This document shows, one piece after another, positions 57,979-64,000 of a DNA stretch of 64,000 bases. The notes under the pieces were generated by a model, which did not search any database, was not told where the DNA came from, and worked only from the letters and a program-made list of their open reading frames with translations. How positions within the stretch are numbered: position 1 is the stretch's first letter; every line of letters begins with the position of its first letter. The stretch lies in contig JBBAAE010000003.1 of assembly GCA_041658485.1 (NCBI GenBank), positions 10,300-74,299 on the forward strand, written 5' to 3'. A program made the translations under genes and the position numbers. Origin of the DNA: Minisyncoccota bacterium. GTDB taxonomy: Bacteria > Patescibacteriota > Minisyncoccia > Phycocordibacterales > Phycocordibacteraceae.

Positions 57979-58063
57979 AAAAGCTGAAAGCTGAAAGCTG
58001 AATGGTCCCTTCGGACCCGATGAAGCATCGCCTATTCGCTAAACCCTAACCACTAAACCCTAG
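57979..58063. repeat. Heptamer arms with double-hairpin core (58001-58034), inverted copy of 5020-5053
   Basis: (AAAGCTG)3 + AATGGTCCCTTCGGACCCGATGAAGCATCGCCTA + CTAAACC/CTAACCA units. Confidence 0.85.
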
Positions 58064-58066
58064 CTC

Positions 58067-58954
58067 ATGTCTACTCTCTATCAAGATCAATCTGCAAATA
58101 TTCGAAAAACTTGGCTTCTCATGGGAGTGTTTCTCATTGTGGTCATTGGCATTGGGTGGGGGATTTCTTGGTACTACAACTCCTCGGTGATTCTCTACGT
58201 TGCTGTTGCCTTTGCACTCGTGATGAATGTGGGGAGCTATTGGTTTTCTGACAAAATTGTTCTCTCAATGACGCACGCACGCCCCGCCACTCGTGAGGAA
58301 TTTTTTGACTTTTATACTGTTGCTGAAAACCTTGCTATCACTGCAGGTCTTCCGCTTCCAAAACTTTTTATCATTAATGACCCAGCGCCAAATGCATTTG
58401 CAACTGGTAGAAATGAAAAGCATGCGGTGGTCTGTGCAACGACAGGGCTTTTGGCAATGCTGACTCGGACTGAACTTGAAGGAGTGATAGCTCACGAAAT
58501 GAGTCACATAAAAAATCGCGACATGCTTGTGATGACGGTCGCTGTTGTTCTCGCAGGCTTTATTGCGATTATTGCGGACATGTTTATCCGTATGTCTTTT
58601 TTCGGGGGAGGGAACCGTGATAACGACAGCAAAGCAGGAGTCATTATGCTTGTTTTAGGTATTGTTGCCGCAATCCTTGCACCCATTGCCGCACAGCTCA
58701 TAAAACTCGCCGTATCTCGCAAACGCGAATTTTTAGCGGATGCATCAGGGGCACTTCTTACTCGTTATCCCGAAGGCTTGGCATCAGCCCTGCAGAAAAT
58801 TAGCTCATACGGCGCTCCAATGCGAAATGCAAACACAGCAACAGCACATCTCTTTATTGCAAACCCCTTTGGTGCTGGTGCAATGAAAGGTGTCACTAAA
58901 TTATTTATGACTCATCCCCCCGTAGAGGAGCGAATCAAGGCTTTGCTTGATTGA
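58067..58954 (+). CDS. htpX: Zinc metalloprotease HtpX (M48)
   Basis: PNAFATGR, ELEGVIAHEMSH, SRKREFLAD, THPP. Confidence 0.95.
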   Translation: MSTLYQDQSANIRKTWLLMGVFLIVVIGIGWGISWYYNSSVILYVAVAFALVMNVGSYWFSDKIVLSMTHARPATREEFFDFYTVAENLAITAGLPLPKLFIINDPAPNAFATGRNEKHAVVCATTGLLAMLTRTELEGVIAHEMSHIKNRDMLVMTVAVVLAGFIAIIADMFIRMSFFGGGNRDNDSKAGVIMLVLGIVAAILAPIAAQLIKLAVSRKREFLADASGALLTRYPEGLASALQKISSYGAPMRNANTATAHLFIANPFGAGAMKGVTKLFMTHPPVEERIKALLD

Positions 58955-58981
58955 GAGTAGGCGAGTATACGAAAACGGTAC

Positions 58982-59013
58982 AAGAAGTGATTTGATATAT
59001 CAAATCACTTCTT
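58982..59013. repeat. 32-bp perfect palindrome
   Basis: AAGAAGTGATTTGATA|TATCAAATCACTTCTT. Confidence 0.9.
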
Positions 59014-59028
59014 TGCATACATATAGTA

Positions 59029-59184
59029 TTAAAGTTTCACAAGGTGTTTCAAAAATTCCAGACCAGCTCCAGCAACCGCGTGCACACCAACCTCTACACC
59101 TAGGTGCTTTATGGTCTCTACCACCCCAGTTGCTCCTGCCGCACCTGCAGCAACTCCTATGATTTTTGTTTTTTCAAATGCCAT
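59029..59184 (-). CDS. 51-aa Gly/Ala-rich amphipathic microprotein (not in ORF track)
   Basis: MAFEKTKIIGVAAGAAGATGVVETIKHLGVEVGVHAVAGAGLEFLKHLVKL*. Confidence 0.55.
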   Translation of the reverse strand: MAFEKTKIIGVAAGAAGATGVVETIKHLGVEVGVHAVAGAGLEFLKHLVKL

Positions 59185-59308
59185 ATGGGTGAAAGATGAG
59201 GGCTGATAAAAATCGACCTTTCATCTATAAAACTCAAGTTTTCACGCAAAGGTTGCACAAAATCGACTTTGTTGTGCAATAAAAAATTCCCCTAGATGGG
59301 GAATAAGG

Positions 59309-59346
59309 TACACCTAACAAGCGAGTGCACTCGCTTGTTAGGTGTA
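59309..59346. repeat. 38-bp perfect palindrome
   Basis: TACACCTAACAAGCGAGTG|CACTCGCTTGTTAGGTGTA. Confidence 0.9.
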
Positions 59347-59352
59347 AGGTCG

Positions 59353-59475
59353 TTATCCAACTTTCTGAGAGCGTCCGAAAAATTCAGCAAGAAGCGCTGC
59401 GCCCTTGCGACCCTCCAAAGACTGTCCCCCGAGTCGTGCACCGAACATTCTTTCTGAGCTAGTTACTTCTGCCAT
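59353..59475 (-). CDS. 40-aa microprotein (not in ORF track)
   Basis: MAEVTSSERMFGARLGGQSLEGRKGAALLAEFFGRSQKVG*; shares an upstream motif with 59029-59184. Confidence 0.5.
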   Translation of the reverse strand: MAEVTSSERMFGARLGGQSLEGRKGAALLAEFFGRSQKVG

Positions 59476-59546
59476 AGAGTTTTAAAATTTATTTTTTTAT
59501 AAAATATCGACCTTTCACTTATATAACTTTTAATACTGGATAGAAG

Positions 59547-59756
59547 TTACACAAAAGCAACTTGCGGGACATTTTCTCTATGTTGGAAAGAGCTTCTCGT
59601 GCGCCCTTCCGAAATAAGTTCTATTTCGTGAACGATACGCAGTTCAATAAAGAATCTGTCTCGGCGTTTTTTTCGATTTGAGAGCAGTATGTAGGAATGT
59701 CCTGTTGCTTCAGGTACTGATTTTAGTAGTTGTTTTTCTACAGTATTTGGCTTCAT
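59547..59756 (-). CDS. Hypothetical 69-aa protein
   Basis: ORF track, ATG at 59756. Confidence 0.35.
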   Translation of the reverse strand: MKPNTVEKQLLKSVPEATGHSYILLSNRKKRRDRFFIELRIVHEIELISEGRTRSSFQHRENVPQVAFV

Positions 59757-59854
59757 GTTTTGCAAGTGCTTTTAGCAAAGCGCTTCCTCTTGTAGTACTC
59801 AGGATTCTGCGTTCAAGTTCCGAATATGGTATATAAAAGAACACAGACCAATAT

Positions 59855-59939
59855 GGAGGCGTCGGATAGCGGTTTATTCCACCACCTTGGAAAGGTGGCG
59901 TACCGAAAGGTACCGAGAGTTCGAATCTCTCCGCCTCCG
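59855..59939 (+). tRNA. tRNA-Ser(GGA)
   Basis: Acceptor GGAGGCG/CGCCTCC plus G discriminator, anticodon arm CCACC-TTGGAAA-GGTGG, long variable arm GTACC-GAAA-GGTAC, T arm GAGAG-TTCGAAT-CTCTC; CCA not encoded. Confidence 0.95.
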
Positions 59940-59945
59940 CAAAAT

Positions 59946-60197
59946 AATGAGCCCAATGTGTAAGCATTGGGTAATTATATTTTTGCGTGAAGGCGGAGAG
60001 ATTCGAAGTGAGCATCGGGACCCGAGCCAGCAGGCGAGGGTGATGCGAGGTGGAAGAAACACGAACTGCTTCATGTTTCTTCCGGTTTCGCAAAGCGAAA
60101 ATGGCTTATGCCGTAGGCAAGCCATAGGTGGGCAGGCGGAGACATGAGCGACGGTGAATGTCGAGCGCTTAGCCGAATCTCTCCGCCTCCGCAAAAT
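59946..60197. mobile_element. tRNA-anchored multi-hairpin element bounded by inverted and direct copies of the tRNA 3' end
   Basis: 59991-60007 is the reverse complement of 59920-59936; 60174-60197 equals 59922-59945 (24 bp); at least 5 internal hairpins. Confidence 0.75.
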
Positions 60198-60251
60198 GGA
60201 CACCTATCCGTAGAGGGATTATGCGCACTAAATGCTATCCTGTTCCTATAT

Positions 60252-61385
60252 ATGATTCACGTTCAACAGCGATCATGGACTGAAAAGGAGGGCTGGTCTA
60301 CGCCAGATACTGATTTGCCCGAAGAACCCCAACTGGTTTTTGTGTTTGGCGATCGCAACTTTGTGGCGAAGGCTGAGCTCTTTCAGCAAATTCGGCAGTT
60401 TTACCCTAAGGCGTATATATGCACCAGCTCAACGGCTGGAAATATACTTGGTAGCACGGTGAGTGAAGAGTCGGTGACCATCTCTGCCGTGTACTTTGAA
60501 AAAACAAATGTATCATTTGTTCAGACAACAATAATAAATCAATTTGATAGTCAGAATGTCGGAAAGAAACTCGCGGAGTTCCTACCTACCGAAGGGCTCG
60601 TGCATTCCTTTGTTCTCAGCGACGGTTTGTCGGTCAACGGATCAGAAGTGGTTGCGAGCATCAACAAACATTTGCCCACTACAGTGACGGTGACAGGTGG
60701 CCTTGCGGGAGATGGTAGCCGTTTTGCGCAGACGGTGGTGGGATGCAATGTTGTCCCACAAAGCAACCAAGTTGTCCTCGTGGGCTTGTATGGCTCTTCA
60801 CTCCGAGTTGGGTATGCATCTCGTGGTGGATGGACTGCAACCGAAGATGCATACATCGTAACGCGCTCTGAGAATAATGTGCTGTACGAACTCAATAATG
60901 AGCCGGCACTTGATGTATACAAAAAACTCCTCGGTGACGCCACGGCACAACTGCCAAGCTCCGCACTCCTCTTTCCGCTTCAGCTCACACTAAAAGACGA
61001 GGGCACGGTTGTCCGCACCATTCTTGGTGTTGACGAGAAGAGTAAGAGTATGACCTTTGCGGGGAATATTCCGCAAGGCGTTACCGCGCATCTCATGCAT
61101 GCGAGCATTGAAGAGCTTATTGCAAGTGCGCACAAAGCTGGCGAAGAAGCATCAGTGCCTACGGCACCGGTACAGTTTGCACTCTTGGTAAGCTGTGTTG
61201 GTCGGCGTCTCGTTCTCAAAGAAAAAGCTGTTGAAGAGGTACGCGCAGTGCACGACGCGCTTGGTCCGCAAGCAGTGGTGCACGGTTTCTACTCGTACGG
61301 AGAGTTGTGTCCTAGCAAAGAGTCAGGAGTGCGCTGTCTACTTCACAATCAGACGATGACCGTTACTACATTCTCGGAAATGTAA
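60252..61385 (+). CDS. FIST N/C sensory domain protein
   Basis: STAG.I, LSDGL.VNG, GGLAGDG.RF, GGW, SCVGRR, GFYSYGE, LHNQTMT. Confidence 0.9.
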   Translation: MIHVQQRSWTEKEGWSTPDTDLPEEPQLVFVFGDRNFVAKAELFQQIRQFYPKAYICTSSTAGNILGSTVSEESVTISAVYFEKTNVSFVQTTIINQFDSQNVGKKLAEFLPTEGLVHSFVLSDGLSVNGSEVVASINKHLPTTVTVTGGLAGDGSRFAQTVVGCNVVPQSNQVVLVGLYGSSLRVGYASRGGWTATEDAYIVTRSENNVLYELNNEPALDVYKKLLGDATAQLPSSALLFPLQLTLKDEGTVVRTILGVDEKSKSMTFAGNIPQGVTAHLMHASIEELIASAHKAGEEASVPTAPVQFALLVSCVGRRLVLKEKAVEEVRAVHDALGPQAVVHGFYSYGELCPSKESGVRCLLHNQTMTVTTFSEM

Positions 61386-61393
61386 GGCGAAAA

Positions 61394-61425
61394 TCGAGCG
61401 CTTAGCCGAATCTCTCCGCCTCCGC
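61394..61425 (+). repeat. 32-bp exact direct repeat of 60161-60192 (includes tRNA 3' end)
   Basis: TCGAGCGCTTAGCCGAATCTCTCCGCCTCCGC, 8 nt after the FIST stop. Confidence 0.92.
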
Positions 61426-61556
61426 CGAGATTTTTAACGAGTGCAACGATTATAAAAATCCAAGTGTACTTGCTTCTAGCAAGGTACCACCAAAATTCGG
61501 AATTTAAATTTCCACAAAAATATGGTTGGCGCGAAATCTGAGTTAGAATAGGACAC

Positions 61557-61967
61557 ATGCATCTTGAGTACATCAACGGAATAATTTTTCTGGCATCTCT
61601 CTGTGGTCTTGCGGTTGCAGTGTATATTCGCTATAAGAAAACACGGAAAGAAATACTTGTGTGCCCGATACATTTTAATTGCGAGGATGTAATACATAGT
61701 AAGTATGCAACTGTGCTCGGTGTCCCTATAGAGATTATTGGTCTTTTCTATTATGGATTTCTTGCGCTCATATATGGGACAGCAATAATGATTCCAGAAA
61801 TTATCACCGCCCCGATAGGTACAGGGCTCACTTTTGTCACCTCTCTCGCGATGGTGTTCAGCATATATTTATTATTTGTCCAAGTGATACTGAAGCAGTG
61901 GTGTGCGTGGTGCCTTCTATCTTTCGTATCATCTGTCGTCATTTTTTATTGTGTTGTTTTGGTGTGA
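61557..61967 (+). CDS. Vitamin K epoxide reductase (VKOR) family protein
   Basis: C.....C..V..SKY...LGVP...G..YY, WCAWC. Confidence 0.88.
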   Translation: MHLEYINGIIFLASLCGLAVAVYIRYKKTRKEILVCPIHFNCEDVIHSKYATVLGVPIEIIGLFYYGFLALIYGTAIMIPEIITAPIGTGLTFVTSLAMVFSIYLLFVQVILKQWCAWCLLSFVSSVVIFYCVVLV

Positions 61968-61992
61968 GTGAGTCTTCGAACTTAGTTACGAG

Positions 61993-62013
61993 AGCCGAAT
62001 CTCCGTCTCCGCC
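61993..62013 (+). repeat. Degenerate further copy of the tRNA 3'-end repeat
   Basis: AGCCGAATCTCCGTCTCCGCC (2-nt deletion, 1 substitution). Confidence 0.75.
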
Positions 62014-62075
62014 CGAAGAAAAAAGTATCGAAGATAAATCGGTAACTAGACTCCTAAGCTCTCTCGCTCATATAC

Positions 62076-62522
62076 TCATAAGCTCGAGGCCAGTTTGGTC
62101 AGCCAATCGTGGAGATTTTGCAAAATACCGCCAATAGGCAAGTCGCTCATTTTAATGTTTACCGGAAGAGACTTCTTGATGGGCACGTGTGCCGTCATGT
62201 CTATTGGCACTATAGTATCTATGGGGACTGTGATACTGACCTGTTCGCCGGTGACTGGAATTACGATAGGCACGGTCACTGTGGTTTTAACGGGGATACT
62301 GACTTTAATCGGAATATCAAAGGTTTCGTCAATTGTAACCTGCACGGTGAACGGACCTGTGAGAGACTGCGCCTGCATTTGCTCTACCGCGCTCGCTGCC
62401 TGACCTGCCCCATCGGCAACTTGGTTTTTGACCTGTAGCAGAAGAACGAATAAGACGATATTAGCAATCGACAGAAGCAAAAGAGTACCTAGAACAATCG
62501 GATAGAGTAGTTTATTTTTCAT
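62076..62522 (-). CDS. Hypothetical membrane-anchored protein with Val/Ile/Pro beta-repeats
   Basis: TM helix then IPIKVSIPVKTTVTVPIVIPV...VPIDTIVPID. Confidence 0.7.
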   Translation of the reverse strand: MKNKLLYPIVLGTLLLLSIANIVLFVLLLQVKNQVADGAGQAASAVEQMQAQSLTGPFTVQVTIDETFDIPIKVSIPVKTTVTVPIVIPVTGEQVSITVPIDTIVPIDMTAHVPIKKSLPVNIKMSDLPIGGILQNLHDWLTKLASSL

Positions 62523-62694
62523 GAACGAGTAGCTACTTAGGTTAAAAGATTAACGATAACTAAAATCAATGCGATAACGAGAAGCGTGTGGATTAAGCCA
62601 CCCCCAACTTTGAAATTAAATCCAAGGATCCAAAGAATTATTAAGACGAGTATGAGTGTCCAGAGCATATTTTTTATTTCTTTATATTTATAAT

Positions 62695-63171
62695 TTATTT
62701 AATTCCGTACAGTTCTTTCATTTTTTCTACTCCTCTGTGTACTTGCACCGCGACAGTGTTTTTTGTCTGTCCCGTGATAAGAGATATTTCTTTTAACGAT
62801 AGATCTTGTACGTACCTCATACGCATAACTTTGCGATAGGTTGGAGGGAGTTTTGCAATTAACAAGAGTGCCGCTTTGCCATCCAGTGCATTGAATAGAC
62901 GCTCAGTATTACCAACGCTCGGCTCAAAACCTTTTTCAAGAATGGCATCCAGCGAAGTTGTTTTGTGTTTCCGGTATTCGTCGATAATGAGATTATTGAG
63001 GATGTGATAGAGGAATGCTTTCATCGTATCGATTTTTCCACCTTTCACTAAATACTTCCATGTTTTCATGTAGGTATCCTGGACTAAGTCCTCACCAACG
63101 GCGTGGTCGTGCACTTTGAAAAAGGCATGAGCGTTGAGTGCTTTTTCATGGTCGTGATGTGCCACAGACAA
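62695..63171 (-). CDS. ECF-type RNA polymerase sigma factor (5' end possibly frameshifted)
   Basis: EDLVQDTY.K.W, AFLY.I.NNLIIDEYRK, region 4 LSLKEIS..TG...NTV.V..HRG. Confidence 0.88.
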   Translation of the reverse strand: MSVAHHDHEKALNAHAFFKVHDHAVGEDLVQDTYMKTWKYLVKGGKIDTMKAFLYHILNNLIIDEYRKHKTTSLDAILEKGFEPSVGNTERLFNALDGKAALLLIAKLPPTYRKVMRMRYVQDLSLKEISLITGQTKNTVAVQVHRGVEKMKELYGIK

Positions 63172-63446
63172 GATTTCTTGTCGTTGTTTTTTTGCCGTGG
63201 GGTCATCATACGTAGAGACGAATGCAGAGTTGCTTTATTACATACACATTACAGAGGATAGCTACTGTAGGAAATGTAGCCATATTTTGCAGTTGTATTC
63301 ATGGTAGTTACATGGAACTTTTATTACGCCAGCATTACAAGAGATGGCAAAGCCGAGGGAGATATATATAAAGTATACACATATCAGAGACTGTGTCTCA
63401 CTCCGCCTCCTTGCAATAGTTACTTCATTTAAACGGCTTAGTTGCT

Positions 63447-64000
63447 ATGAGTACAAACACAAAAGATACAACTCGCAGCCTTCAGGCTAGAGATATGTTT
63501 GTTGAACAGGTAGGGGAGGAAGGTTGGGGATACATTAAAACTATTATAGGGATTGTACGAGAGCCAATTTTAGTGCTGGGTAAGGACTTTCGTGTGATTG
63601 TGGCGAATGAGCCTTTTTATCAGACATTTCAAATTGAAGCAAAAGATGCTGAAGGAAAAATTGTCTATGGACTCGGTAACGGTCAGTGGAATATTTCTAC
63701 TCTGCACACACTTCTTGAAGATATTCTACCCGAGAACAAGTTTTTTAAAGGCTATGAGATAGCACATAATTTTCCGTTTATTGGGCATAAAGTCATGATG
63801 GTGAATGCTCGTCAGATTTATTGTAAGGAAGATACTACCTTAGCTCCATGTCCGCCGATCACACTTTTGGCAATGGAGGATGTTACAGAAATTATGGCTG
63901 TTGCTGACACGCTTGCCAAGCATGCGAATCAGGTCGAAGGTGCTCTTGTTGCACGGACCCAAAAGCTTGAATTTCATATAAAAAAATTAGAAGAAGAGAT
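63447..64000 (+). CDS. PAS-domain protein, 3'-truncated by window edge (not in ORF track)
   Basis: VREPILVL..DFRV..ANE.FYQTF, Y.LGNGQWNI..L..LLEDILP, NARQI, LLAMEDVTE, then coiled coil. Confidence 0.8.
   Translation, partial: MSTNTKDTTRSLQARDMFVEQVGEEGWGYIKTIIGIVREPILVLGKDFRVIVANEPFYQTFQIEAKDAEGKIVYGLGNGQWNISTLHTLLEDILPENKFFKGYEIAHNFPFIGHKVMMVNARQIYCKEDTTLAPCPPITLLAMEDVTEIMAVADTLAKHANQVEGALVARTQKLEFHIKKLEEE

Noticed and set aside
59710-60203. Track ORFs overlapping the tRNA and hairpin element
   Set aside because: They are explained by GC-rich structured non-coding sequence and have no protein features.
60144-60251. N-terminal extension of the FIST ORF given in the track
   Set aside because: It runs through the repeat element; ATG 60252 with an upstream TGcTATCCT is the more plausible start.
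59922-62013. CRISPR array interpretation of the 24-32-bp direct repeats
   Set aside because: The intervals are hundreds of bases long and contain genes, the repeat is a tRNA 3' end, and no cas genes are present.
1-64000. Alternative genetic code (TGA=Gly as in Gracilibacteria/Absconditabacteria)
   Set aside because: Conserved genes are full length under code 11, and several end at TGA at the expected position (glnA, pilO, purQ, htpX).

Overview
This is a 64-kb chromosomal segment of a reduced-genome bacterium that looks like Patescibacteria (CPR), Parcubacteria-type. The taxonomy is inferred from gene content and protein style; the standard code 11 is used. It contains a partial type II glutamine synthetase, comF divergent from a complete type IV pilus operon (pilMNO-P-like, pilB, a receiver protein, pilT, pilC, pilin, pilD, four minor pilins), and a Pif1-like helicase. 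It also carries de novo purine genes unusual for CPR (purL, purQ, purE, purM, purC, plus a PurO-like IMP cyclohydrolase), typA, thioredoxin/dsbB, a DEAD-box helicase, msrA/msrB/bcp, nth and mutY lacking Fe-S cysteines, rnj, secG, groES/groEL, lemA/htpX and tRNA-Ser(GGA). The most striking signals are non-coding. (1) Downstream of tRNA-Ser is a ~230-nt multi-hairpin element, then single genes each closed by a copy of the tRNA 3' end, like an integron-style cassette array with no integrase in the window. (2) A relative of that element, with compensatory base changes, sits in-frame inside dsbB. (3) All four minor-pilin leader peptides are encoded by heptamer repeats or a 22-bp inverted repeat. 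(4) Dispersed heptamer repeats, a conserved double-hairpin core and several long zero-spacer palindromes occur across the window. (5) Leaderless-type promoters are common, and many microproteins fall below the ORF-track cutoff. All coordinates were read by eye and all family assignments come from motif recognition; no database searches were run.
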